Positions 10,557 through 22,105 of a DNA stretch of 32,798 nucleotides are shown here, in pieces. The translations under genes and the position numbers were made by a program. The DNA lies in the NCBI RefSeq assembly GCF_001194135.2, contig NC_068982.1:21020737-21053534 (forward strand), read 5' to 3'. The notes under the pieces were generated by a model. The model ran no database searches, was not told the origin of the DNA, and worked only from the letters and a program-made list of their open reading frames with translations. Position 1 is the first letter of the stretch. Every line of letters begins with the position of its first letter. This DNA is from Octopus bimaculoides. Taxonomy: Eukaryota.

Positions 10557-13500
10557 CCGCTCATCAGTAGATTTTTGTTACATTTTCTACTTTGTGCAAA
10601 GAACAGAAAATCGAAGTTGATATATATCTACACTAAAATACCTTTTTTCAGTACGCACGATTCATAAATATTTATTCAAGAAAAATATGTAATATATGAA
10701 TCTGGAATTCATCTCTCACGCAAACGAATTTTCAAAATAAAGACTCAATTTTCCCTCCAAGTTAAAATAAGTAATAAGAATTCATAGAATGCTCTAGTTT
10801 TCATATAACATACTGTAATTTTGTGATACTATGCATATAAAGAGATCCTGAATAAGAACTGACCGGAATTTTTTTCACACTATCGTAAGGGATTTGATAC
10901 TCAATATATTCGAATATGATTAAACTGGGAGGTAATACAGCTATATTATTTTGGCTCAGAAGCTTTTAACTTTCGCTCGGGATTAAATACTCATGAAATA
11001 TAATCCACGTAGTAGTGTCTCTTTCTTTGGCGCATGCCCAATCATGTCGAAGAGAGTTACGTGAATCGATATCATTATATTACACATGTACGTTTTAATG
11101 ACAACAATGTTGTGAATCTCGACATGTTTTAAAAAATGAATTCAAAATGAATTCGGAGAAAAGGACCTACAAGTCTCATAGCTTTAGAGAGGCATTCAAC
11201 TGGTTTTGCCAGCATCACCACTTTAAAATCGTTATTATATTCAATTTTTTCGTAGGAAAAATGCCAAATTTGAACGAGGATGCAATATAGTTTCGAGATT
11301 TCATGCCAGTATATTATTGCATTTATCGACCTGAGTAAAAGCGAAATGAAAGTAGATCATTGTGGTAATTCAACTTAGCAGTGAGAGAAAAGATGAAACC
11401 AAATATTGAAACACAATTAATCCGGAGCCTCCCTTTCTTCATTATATCAACCAACGTTTTAGTCATTATAATGCTATGAATAGACTAGAAATACTTGAAT
11501 TATACACATGTAACTAAGTATCAATTTCTGGACATTTTGACAATTGCAGTCATGGCTATTAGTTTCGGATTTCCGTCGCAAATACACTATAGCAGATGTA
11601 CAGATATTTCGAAATAATTCACTCAATATATGAAATGCCTTCTGACCAGAGCAAGAAACTAACGTATAAACCTTCAAGTTATGATCACCATTAGCTCCAT
11701 TTGCTACGCTTCTGATTATTACAATAATTTCCATCGCTGGAAACAAATGTTGCATGCATCAATAACAAATATTGATTGGTTATATAGTCGCATAAGTTTT
11801 ATAGGGATAAAATAATGTGAAATTTTCTTTCCTAAGGATATTGGTGGCATAAGAGAAATGCTACTTCGCTTCATTAAATGTTACATTTAATACGTTGTTT
11901 TTGCAGTGAAATATTAAATTCACATATCGGTAAAAGCCAATAAATTTGTCTAAAGGAGAAAATGAGATGCAATATATGATTTCCTTCCTTCAGACGATTA
12001 TCGAAATAATCTTAAGAACTTTAGTCGACAGTGTATGAACGCTTCTATTTGATACATTTATATGCAAGTGGATACGTACATATCTATATATGTATATGCA
12101 TGTATATACATACATACATGTGCGTGTGTGTGTGTTGGTGTGTCTTTTCTGTTTGTGTCTTTGTCTTTTCTGCATGTGTATGTGTATATGCATGTGTATC
12201 TTTATCTATACGCATGTGTGTATTTATATGTACGTGTATAATACTGACTGCTGATACACATAGTAACACTCATCTACATATATAGATATATGTATGTAGA
12301 TTCTAGACCGCCAGACGACTGCCAAGAAGCTCTCTATCATAATACCCTACCATCACCATTCCTTCTGAAATTGCGGTGTCTCTTCAACTAGTTTTAACAT
12401 CATTCTGCACTCTCACTTACAAGCTTCCTCCATTTCCCATCGATATTCTTGTGACCTTCCTGCTACACTTAAGAAACATATGTCGAGTACACATTTCTCA
12501 GATTAAATGTAATATGCGTACATACATACCTTCTGTGTGGAATAGAATGTCGTCTCATCAACATTTGACATATCACACACATCTGATTGGAAGGCACCCC
12601 GTGATTGCTACTACATAGTTCACTAGATTGGACTCGATGGTTGATTGATCCAGTGTGGCAGATGTCACCCAGATTATCACCAGCTCTTTAAAGTTGTTTG
12701 CAAAATACTTCATATTCACGAGATGTAACTTTCTAAAATGATTTACAATGCTTGCTACAGAAGATTATGGAAGAGATCATGCTAGTTGTGTACCAGACTG
12801 TAATATGAAATACATCTGAAATACTGGTCGAACATTCCATTAATAACAGCAGACTGTTGAAAACTCAATAGTCCTCATACTATCGAACAGGATAAACAAG
12901 AAAAGAGAACATACACTGCTGTAGAAGCTAGCTGATTAGTGGATGTTTTGTGAAAATTGGAGACTAGGACAACTTTTACGGAATAATGAAAAAATTAAAA
13001 TTCCTATATAAATTCTATAGATATTCGTTCGCATCTAAGGATCTAGTCTTTCTCATTCGCAAAATGAACTCCCTTAAATTAGGCTCAGATTGCTATCAAT
13101 TTTAGTGTATCGATGCAACTCTGAATTTGATTACGGTCAACCAATAATTTTCTCTCGTAAATTAAAGAATCTGATGTTATTTGGAACTAAATTTGGGAAA
13201 TTTGGGTAATTTTAGCCAACCAACAGACAGCGTGGTATTAGGAGTTTGAAAGCATGACGACCGCACGCTTTGTTGTAACTCCCTGTTGTCTATGTTTTCA
13301 CATTTTGTATTTTTACATATTTTTCATTTCATATATTTTTCGGACACATTGACTCAGATCGCTCTATTTATGATTTCACTAGGTTAATTCAATTTATAAA
13401 AATTTAACTTAGGAGTATTTCTGAAACAGTTAGCTTTACATTTCAACAGCCTAACTGAAATTTAGCCCACGTAACAGTAACTGAGAGGGATATAGTGAAA

Positions 13501-14185
13501 CAGAAAAACTGTGGGTGATACAGATAAATTGACATTAATTTTGAATTCTGCATGCAAATCATATAAAATACAGGTTTTTTCTCCTTGGCACACAAGGTCA
13601 TACACACAAACGCATACACATACACGCACACACACAGAGATATGCATGATATATACTTTGTAATCTTGTACGTATGTATGTATGTATGTATGAATGTATG
13701 TATTATGAAGGGCGCTGTACTTCGCCTAAAGCATTGTAGAACAGAAGTAGGATAATAAATGAAATGGAAATGAGGAAAAACTTCTAAAAATGTAGAAACC
13801 AATTTCAAAACCTTTCAGAACTTTGCAAACAAAGAAATGTGCACCAGATGGGCAAGGAACTTTTTTAGTCCCTTGCGTGTGCTAGTTGCAATAGCTCATC
13901 AAATGAGGTTCTTATTGGTGGCATAGAGATAATTTTGAAAGTTCTCATCATTTGCCCACTTCAGAGGACAACTGATAAACGGTCTTGGTTTGTGCTTAAT
14001 AGATGGCGGAATACATTTTTATTTAGACCAGGAAACCTGCGCTTTCTTTTTTTTGTTTGTTTTAAGGTTATCTTTACTCTATTAGCTGAACGAGTGCTTA
14101 TGTACTTGTTGAAATATTACCACAAAGTATATGTATGTAAGTATGTATCTGTGTACGTAATGCATTTATCTATCTATCTACCTAT

Positions 14186-14188
<3 letters not shown>

Positions 14189-14244
<56 letters not shown>
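14189..14244. repeat. (CT)n(AT)n microsatellite
   Basis: Seen directly. Confidence 0.95.
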
Positions 14245-14245
<1 letters not shown>

Positions 14246-14287
14246 ATTTTAGGAGTATGTATGTATAATTTTAGGAGTATGTATGTA
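14244..14287. repeat. 22-bp tandem duplication (TAATTTTAGGAGTATGTATGTA x2)
   Basis: Two exact adjacent copies at 14244-14265 and 14266-14287. Confidence 0.9.
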
Positions 14288-15704
14288 TAATGCGAGCAAT
14301 GTATATCTTAATGTGTGTATAAATTTAAACTGAAAATAAATTATATATACTGATATATACACATTGAAATATATTGAATGAAAAATATACGATTACTTTC
14401 GTCAGAAGTAGCCTCATGCCTATGACCTTTTCAATCGCTGATGTAGAGTCAGATGAAAGGAGATGGATATTATTGTGGCGGAGACCAGTTAAAACTGTTT
14501 CCAATGGACATAACACTTTTTTATTCCCTTATGTATCAGGAGATTTTATTAGCCGTGACAGGAATTCTATATTTCAAGAACATGGAATGTAAACGAAACC
14601 TAAGTTATTCTTTTGTTCCACTCTTTGATCCCGATCTCCAGGATTGATTTTTATGTGAAACTCTATATGACAGAATATTTTAAACTTTTTACACAATGTA
14701 AAATCATTTTTGCAACGTTACTTGCCATCATAAATACACTTCAGGTGTGATCGCCTACTATTTTCTGCAGCTCCAGCGAAAGTTCGAACCTTACTCGGTG
14801 AGATGAATTCTTTATGTTGTTCTTGATCAGTATGGGTAGTTGTAGAATTTCAGACTTACCGAATCGATTATAGTATAATGCATGATTAAATATATATTGC
14901 AATTATGATAGAGAGCGCCATTCATTCAGGTGAGATTCTTCGAAAAATTATTCTTCTTCATGTTCGTCTGATTTTAAGTCGGTAGGATTTGCTTTGAGAC
15001 ATATGAAACTACTAAGAACTGCAGGCTGCTGAATTCATAAAGCTGTTATATTAATAAGCAAAGCACATTAGTGGAGAAACAGTAGTAATAAATATATTTG
15101 TGATTGCATCTCCTTTATGATGGACTACAAACCGTTAATGGATACAGATTGGTTACTAGGCCCATAGATCACACAAAATACTTCGTATAATTACTAACGA
15201 CTTGCTAAATTCAACAAAGCATATCGCTGACGATATAAATATAGCTTTTTTGTTAATTTTATGACTTGCAAGTGCGGAAATGAAATGTCCTTTTCTCACA
15301 ACACAATTAGATGTATCATTAATCGGCTCGTATATTAAATAATTAGTCTAGATAGGCAATGTAATACTAACTGAAACACAACAGCTCTGTCAATTATTAT
15401 TTAAGAATATGCCCAACCATTACTACTTGTTCTACACTACTGTTATGCATACACACAAAAGCACAAATATAGAAACACAATTATATACATACCCCCACCG
15501 CACAGATAAAAATGCATATGCATACATATATTTTGTTTTATTCATATATATGTATATGTGTGTGTAAATATATACGTACATATATAATGGAAAAGAATAA
15601 TTATGTTATAATTCTACTAATTCTCGATAGTAGAGGAGGAAATCTGAATGTGGGTGAGTTTTATACTCTAGTCTACTAGGTTTTTCACAGAATATATCAT
15701 AACT

Positions 15705-15890
15705 ACACACACATTCACACACACACACACACACAAACATATGTATAAATATATATATATATATATATATANNNNNNNNNNNNNNNNNNNNNNNNNNNNN
15801 NNNNNNNNNNNNNNNNNNNNNNNNNNNNNNNNNNNNNNNNNNNNNNNNNNNNNNNNNNNNNNNNNNNNNNNNNNNNNNNNNNNNNNNNNN
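15705..15890. repeat. (CA)n/(AT)n microsatellite followed by an assembly gap (15772-15890)
   Basis: Seen directly. Confidence 0.9.
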
Positions 15891-15954
15891 TTGTTATGAT
15901 CATCCATTATTATGATTGACCGTTGACTGGACGCTATTCAATTTTTTTTATCCG

Positions 15955-16103
15955 TGTTTTTCTCCTTGTCTCCGTATTCTTTCTGTTGAAGAGCGTAGCT
16001 CGAAACGTCAAAGACTTTCCATATTCCCGAGCGTCATACTAATACATCCTTTTGTTATTTACACCACCTGTCCTCGTCTGTTGTTGTTTTTTCGTATATT
16101 CTC

Positions 16104-16139
<36 letters not shown>

Positions 16140-16250
16140 AGAGAATTCACAAACAAAAGGAGAAGACGAAGACAGGTGATGTAGACAACGTTTCGAGCTT
16201 ATGTTCTTCCACAGAAAGAAGCAGAAAGAAACAGGGGGAGAAAAAAAAAA
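15955..16250. mobile_element. Two inverted copies of a probable Penelope-like element terminal repeat (15955-16105 +, 16137-16250 -) flanking (TA)n
   Basis: Left copy: TTCTCC..TTCTTTCTGTTGAAGAGCGTAGCTCGAAACGT...TACACCACCTGTCCTCGTCT..TATTCTCCC. Reverse complement of the right copy: TTCTCC..TTCTTTCTGTGGAAGAACATAAGCTCGAAACGT-TGTCTACATCACCTGTCTTCGTCT..GAATTCTCTCCC, which has an internal deletion of about 55 nt. The Penelope-like assignment is inferred from the hammerhead-like motif. Confidence 0.65.
15978..16014 (+). ncRNA. Minimal type I hammerhead-ribozyme-like motif with a variant core
   Basis: TCTTT (stem I 5') - CTGTTGA (core; canonical CUGANGA) - A - GAGC GTA GCTC (stem II) - GAAA - C - GTC (GUC cleavage triplet; ACGT palindrome replaces the stem III loop) - AAAGA (stem I 3', fully complementary to TCTTT). 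Activity is untested. Confidence 0.55.
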
Positions 16251-16274
16251 AGAACGTATAGTGGATAGCGATAA

Positions 16275-16587
16275 GGAGCACTCCAGCGGTTATGACATCG
16301 AAGGTCCCAGCTGATACGATCAACAGAACAGCTTGCTTCTGAAATTAATTTGCAAATGGCTGAGCATTCCACAGACGCGTTTACCCCTAACGTAGTTCTC
16401 AAGGAGATTCAGTGTGACAAGGCTGGCCATTTTAAAATGCAGGTACTACTCAATTTTACCAGCTGAGTGGATTCGAGCAATGTGAAATAAAGTGTCTCGC
16501 TCAAGGACACAGCGCGTCACCGGGAATTGAACTCACGACCTTACGATCGTGAGCCGAATGCCCATAACGGCTAATCCACGCGCCTTC
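16275..16587 (-). mobile_element. tRNA-derived SINE with a CORE-like central domain
   Basis: The minus strand reads GGCGCGTGGATTAGCCGTTATGGGCATTCGGCTCACGATCGTAAGGTCGTGAGTTCAATTCCCGG, with an A-box-like segment and B-box GTTCAATTCC (+ coordinates ~16522-16534). It continues TGTGTCCTTGAGCGAGACACTTTATTTCAC (CORE-like) and a ~200-nt tail region. Confidence 0.85.
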
Positions 16588-16593
16588 TCTCCC

Positions 16594-16824
16594 TCCCTCT
16601 CTCTATGTATGTATGTATATATATGTATGTATGTATGCATGTATGTATGTATGTATGTATATATATGTACATATGTATATACAGAGAGAGAGAGAGTGTG
16701 TGAGAGAGAGACATATATACGTATGCGTGTATGTAGGTATGAAGGTATACGTATTCTCCTATTCTTATGCTAATGTTCAATGTAAAATAATGAAAGTTTA
16801 ATTATTGGAAAAGAGAAAAAAAAC

Positions 16825-16861
<37 letters not shown>

Positions 16862-16950
16862 GCAAGATAGAGTGAGTGAGAGATAGACAGATAGATAGAG
16901 CAAGATAGAGCGAGAGAGAACGAGAGAGAGAGAGAGCGAGAGAGAGAGAA
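16594..16950. repeat. Microsatellite cluster: (TATG)n, (GA)n, (AGAT)n
   Basis: Seen directly, with short unique interruptions. Confidence 0.85.
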
Positions 16951-17170
16951 AGAGGAGGGCGTTTTCGACGTAATTAAGGATTGGCGCTTATGTTATTTTT
17001 ACAAGAAAGCGAATACCGCAGGTGAGGGACATCGATAAATACTGCTGAACTTATTGAGTAGCACTTAATGAAATCTTAACAAAACCTGGGGAATGATTAT
17101 AATATGCAATAATTAGAGAAAAAGTGTTTACAGATGGAAATTAGTTTATTGATTTTTATCGCTATTATTT

Positions 17171-17357
17171 CACGCCGGACAAAGTGCTTAGCAGCCATTC
17201 GACCGTCTCTATCTTCTGAGTTAAGATCTATTATGTGGACTTTACATTTCATCCTTTCGGGGTCGATAAATTAAGTACCAGTTGAGTACTGGGATCGATG
17301 TAATTGACTTAACCCCGCCCAACGTAATTTGAGGCCTTATGCCTTTAGAAGAAAAGA
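17171..17357 (+). mobile_element. 5'-degenerate tRNA-derived SINE with a conserved central domain (TTTCATCCTTTCGGGGTCGATAAATTAAGTACCAG) and (ATT)n tail
   Basis: CACGCCGGACAAAGTGCTTAGC..TTCTGAGTTAAGATC..GACTTTACATTTCATCCTTTCGGGGTCGATAAATTAAGTACCAGTTGAGTACTGGGATCGATGTAATTGACTTAA. The central motif resembles widely shared SINE-superfamily domains (Meta/Deu type); the exact superfamily is not certain. Confidence 0.8.
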
Positions 17358-17423
17358 TTATTATTATTATTATTGTTGTTGTTGTCGTTGTTTTTGTTCT
17401 TCTTCTTGTTCTTGTTCTTTTTC

Positions 17424-17478
<55 letters not shown>

Positions 17479-17548
17479 CGTTGTTGTTGTTGTTGTTGTT
17501 GTTTTTATTATTTTCATCATTATCATCATCATTATTATTATTATTAAT
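17357..17548. repeat. Compound trinucleotide microsatellite (ATT/GTT/TCT/CAT)n
   Basis: Seen directly; it explains the poly-I/N/Y/L ORFs. Confidence 0.95.
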
Positions 17549-17597
17549 ATACCATATTCTCCTTTTCTGTAAAGAAAATTTGATTCTTTCTTTCGAA

Positions 17598-17745
17598 GTC
17601 TTGAGAAAATTTCCGGAGATTGCTCGCACTGCCAAATAATGCTGTATTTTGGATATGCTCTATTATTTATTCCGATCATTCCCAGCCAAGTTTTGATTAC
17701 TCGTGTTTTTCTTAATGTACCTACTGCATGAACAGTTGTTCTTGC
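17598..17745 (-). mobile_element. Decayed extreme C-terminus of an R4/Dong-like non-LTR retrotransposon ORF
   Basis: The minus strand gives TVHAVGTLRKTRVIKTWLGMIGINNR, then after a frameshift IEHIQNTALFGSASNLRKFSQ. This resembles the R4-clade terminus VVGALG.V.K.L.KWL..IGI...IE.LQKTALLGTARILRKVL. It is followed about 50 nt later by an (AAT)n tract on the same strand. Confidence 0.65.
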
Positions 17746-18179
17746 GGTATACACTTTTAAATAAAAAATTATTTTACATTGAACATTTGCATGAGAATAT
17801 GCATACCTTCATATTTACATACACACATACGTATATATGTATCTCTCACTCTCTGTATCACTCTCTCTCTCATATATGTCAAGGTAGCGATTTCCCATGA
17901 ATATAATACTTAGAGCTTATTCTTCCTATTCAATTTAGGTTACAAAATTAATTTTAACCTTCTGTAATACGTTAGCTTTCTATTAATTCACCTTGTAATA
18001 CGTCTAGTTTTAGAATCAATATTCCCTACTTTTTCAGTCCAAATGTTATTCTAATATCAGCGCTAAAGCAATGCCTTGCTTGAATTAATGAATTCAGTTG
18101 GTTTTTACTTTCTCTTTAATTTTTCTGTCGTTCATATAAAATGCAACGATTGATCTTAACTATTCTGTCTTCGAACACA

Positions 18180-18650
18180 TACCCACGTTTTGTGTTACTC
18201 GGAGCCTAATCTTTGCTTTCCAGATGGAATCTTAGTGGTCCATTTATTCATACTTCGCTACTACAGATTAAAGATATCCACAAATGAAAAGCCGTTTCAC
18301 ATGCTTTACGGTGGTCTAGGCATGTCATACCTAAAGCTGTTTTGCACATTCTCCAGTCGTTTAACACTGCCATATTCATCAAGCATTGATTGTTGGTTCC
18401 GCTACGACCACGTATGTACATTTCTTGCTCTTCCAGTATGCGGTTCTTCTGGTGTATGAAAACGTACATTTCTTGTGGTGAGGAGAGAGGGTAGTGATCT
18501 GAGATTGTGAATTGCATTTTCCCTTGTTGCTGCTTTCTGGCACAGTACTGTTCTACCTGAGGTCAACCAGCCTGGACTTTCTCTGTGGTTTTTAAGTAAA
18601 ATGCTTAATTCTTTCGTTATCCTGTAGTGAGACTGTGCTAAGCATTTCAC
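18180..18650 (-). mobile_element. Decayed reverse-transcriptase fragment of an R4/Dong-like non-LTR retrotransposon
   Basis: ORF 18402..18650 contains SPGWLTSGRTVLCQKAATRENAIHNLRSLPSLLT (cf. P.WLT.GRT.L.QK...GN...NYRPITCLP..WKLLT). ORF 18248..18517 contains MYVFIHQKNRILEEQEMYIRGRSGTNNQCLMNMAVLNDWRMCKTALGMTCLDHRKACETAFHLWI (cf. LPEEQKGCRR.SRGTKDQLLIDK.VL.D.K.R.TNL.MAWIDYKKAYD.VPHSWI). The two are collinear and joined by a frameshift. Confidence 0.85.
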
Positions 18651-18689
18651 CCAATATCCATCAGGGGCAAACGGTAGACAACTGGAAGC

Positions 18690-18800
18690 ATAGCTTAGAG
18701 TTAGTTATTTCAAGTCTTTAACTTCCGGTTTCAAACCCGTCCAGAATCAACTTTGTGATTTGACAGGAGTCGAAAAAATGAAGTGCTAATATTTTACTAC
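18690..18800 (+). mobile_element. Highly degenerate tRNA-SINE remnant
   Basis: GCATAGCTTAGAGTTAG (A-box-like), GGTTTCAAACCC (B-box-like), then AATCAACTTTG..GGAGTCGAAAAAATGAAGTGC, which resembles the domain at 17240-17285. Confidence 0.35.
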
Positions 18801-20219
18801 AATGGATACACACAAATGTTCGCACTGAAAAACTATTTTGGCTTTGTTTATAGATTAGAAACCATTAATATTTTTGCTATCTCTGTACTCATAAAAACAA
18901 CGGTAACCGTATCCTAATATTTATCGTAATCACCAACATGTTTCATCATCATTCTTGTCGGCGTCATCACCATCCTTGTCGTAGTAATCCTCTCCTCTTC
19001 GCTCTTGTCAAAATCAAACTGTACCCGCTTCTTATTAATTAGCACCTCATCAGTTTTACCAGCAGAATAACAAATTATGCAAGAAGAACGATGACATCGA
19101 GTCGAATGGGTTGACGTAACTTTTTGAACATATCTATATTTTATCATTACAAATATGTAAGACAGTCATGTTGAGGGTGAAAACATTGACGACTACGATG
19201 AGATTAACGACTTCAGCAACAACGAAGACGACAAGCAATATTTCCCATAATGAAAACCTTATTTCAAATTTAACTTTGCCGCTAATGGTTATGAAGATAA
19301 TGGCAATGTTAACAATAACGAAATAAAGAAATAAGTAAAGTCGTTGTGATATGAAGAACAAATATATGAATAATGAATTACGGAATGAATGACATGAATG
19401 TAGGAGGAAGGAAAATTAGTATGATACGAATAAAATGAAGAATGAGAAATAAAGCTATATCTGAAAAACATGCCAGTCATATTTCTATTCATTCAGGATA
19501 AACCTCAGCAAAATCTAGAAATAATCAGTAAAACTGGGAACTGTAAATAAATCATATCCAAATACAAAAAAAAAAAAAAATATTACTAAGACACCGTATT
19601 ATACCCAAACGTAAATATCTACAATAAAATCATCATGAACAATCATAACAGTAATAAATATGGAAAAACGAAGTGATTGAAACAGTGAAAGAGGAACTGG
19701 AAGAGGGAGATCTCAAAATAGTGGGAGACGGAGACAGGGAGGTATATAATGGAGAGTCGGCTGTCAAGATTTGCATCCATGTTTGGAGATGTTTTCTCAG
19801 ATATTCAAGTTGATTTATTACAGAGTCCATAGTGTACTGACGAATCCACTGCATAGCTAAGTTGTATTTATGCCATGGCTAGAAGCCATGAGAATATTCT
19901 ATAAATCAATGTTGATGGTTGGCCTGGAAAGCAGAAGGGGTTCTTTTGCTGCTGTGAGCTACGCATATTATGATGGATGTAAAACCAGAGAAAGGGAGTG
20001 TCAGAAGATCATAAGGAAGTAATAAAAAACAATAATAAAAAAAAGGAAAATAAATTTTAATGAAATCGAAGAGACTATGAGAAAATGGTAAAAGTAGAAT
20101 AGAGAGAAATAGCAAGAAGAAAGTAGAACAAATGAGGTGGGGAGAGTTAAGGATGAGCACACAAAGAAAGTTTGGAAATCAAAGGAACGTATGCATATTC
20201 ATATGCATAACTATGCACA

Positions 20220-20670
20220 ACACACACACACGCACTGACTCACAAACACATACATGCGTATACATGCATGCGTATGTGTTTATATATATACATGTATATA
20301 TGTATATGTATGTATGTATATATATATATATATATATATATNNNNNNNNNNNNNNNNNNNNNNNNNNNNNNNNNNNNNNNNNNNNNNNNNNNNNNNNNNN
20401 NNNNNNNNNNNNNNNNNNNNNNNNNNNNNNNNNNNNNNNNNNNNNNNNNNNNNNNNNNNNNNNNNNNNNNNNNNNNNNNNNNNNNNNNNNNNNNNNNNNN
20501 NNNNNNNNNNNNNNNNNNNNNNNNNNNNNNNNNNNNNNNNNNNNNNNNNNNNNNNNNNNNNNNNNNNNNNNNNNNNNNNNNNNNNNNNNNNNNNNNNNNN
20601 NNNNNNATATACACATACAGTTACTTACATATGCGTACACATATATGCATATAGACGCAGATACATGTGT

Positions 20671-20730
<60 letters not shown>
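20220..20730. repeat. (CA)/(AT)/(GT)n microsatellites around an assembly gap (20342-20606)
   Basis: Seen directly. Confidence 0.9.
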
Positions 20731-20733
<3 letters not shown>

Positions 20734-21869
20734 GAGAATGTGTGCGCTGAATGGAAAGAAAGAAAAGTAGTGAAAGCTAAGTGTGTTGTGTTTGGGAGGA
20801 GAGGAAGAGTAACACAGATGAAGATTATATAAGGGTTCGTGATTTCAAAGTGATTACTTTTAGATCGAAAAGCAGATACAAAGATCACACAGAGAATGGA
20901 GGAGAGGTAGGTAAAGACCAGTTTAGTATGAAAAATAAATGTTTATTAAACAAATACCTATGATTAAAAAACATGCTACACTGCATAGACGCCAGCTCAT
21001 ACAAATAAGTAATAATGTTTTCTTTATGAGAAAGGCTGACATTTTGCATAACTACCCTAATATATTCTCCTCCCCTCCTATAAGCAAGCATGTATAAAGT
21101 GATACATGTGTGTATATGCGCGTGTGTACGTACGTGTGTGTGTACATATGCAGAAATATACACATATATATATATATATATACGTATATGTATATATTCA
21201 CACACACTCAGGTATTATATATGCTGTGTAAATGTCTATATAAGGGAACGGAGTACACATGAAAGGAAACACGTAAGAGATAACAATACAGAATGAAAAA
21301 AGGAAGTATACTGTGAAATATATCTCTAATATATGCGTGTAAATATATGTATATATATACGAGCGCGCACACACAGGCACCTTAACTTCTACATCTGTAG
21401 GTTTTGTGTATATATCACTCAATATACCATTCTGATATTCCTTCCTTCTTTCTTTCAGCGTAGTTCTATGTAACACTTACAATTTTCCGTTTTGTTTACT
21501 TTATTCTCCCTTGGCTCTGCCTTAATATATGTCTTACGCCATTTCTTTCATTAGATTTGTATCCATCCTGTTTGCCTAGATCTAATTATCTTGCTATATA
21601 TTTATAGATCTATAAATCTATAAGTAGCAGTAAACATCTATCAAGAAATCTGCAAATCTATCAAATTCGTTATTGATCTATCTACATTTTAGAGTGCAAT
21701 TCTATTTGTCTCAGAATCTTTTTTCTATATCTATGGACAAGAAACCCACTGAAATATTACATGTGTATAAAGCAGATATTAAGCATTTTTACCCCAATGC
21801 TTGCCGTTATCTCATTCTTCCTCTCATAACAACTAATCTATGTTTGTAGCCCTCTCTCTCTAAATCCCT

Positions 21870-21966
21870 CTCACACATACACACACACGCATATGCACAT
21901 ACGTAAATATATATANNNNNNNNNNNNNNNNNNNNNNNNNNNNNNNNNATATATATATATATATAC

Positions 21967-22009
<43 letters not shown>

Positions 22010-22105
22010 CATATATGCATACATATATATATATATATATATTGTGTGTATACATACACACACACACGCACAAAACACGCACACACACACACATACACAT
22101 ACATT
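21870..22105. repeat. (CA)/(AT)n microsatellite cluster with a short gap (21917-21948)
   Basis: Seen directly. Confidence 0.9.

Noticed and set aside
11474-11755. 93-aa minus-strand ORF (MQHLFPAMEIIVIIRSV...)
   Set aside because: No recognisable domain or convincing splice context; an ORF this long can occur by chance.
13845-13962. Partial inverted repeat GATGGGCAAGGAACTTT ... AAAGTTCTCATCATTTGCCCA as a possible pre-miRNA
   Set aside because: The arms are short, bulged and ~75 nt apart, and match no conserved miRNA I know.
16500-16587. tRNA-like sequence on the minus strand (A and B boxes)
   Set aside because: It continues into a CORE-like SINE body and lacks a proper cloverleaf, so it is a SINE head rather than a tRNA gene.
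17242-17754. Poly-I/N/Y/L ORFs here and at 31259-31672
   Set aside because: Translations of trinucleotide microsatellites. Only the N-terminal part of ORF 17242..17754 reflects the retrotransposon relic.
19660-19815. Protein-like frame EVIETVKEELEEGDLKIVGDGDREVYNGESAVK
   Set aside because: Purine-rich sequence biases towards E/G/K; it has no acceptor or start and no recognisable family.
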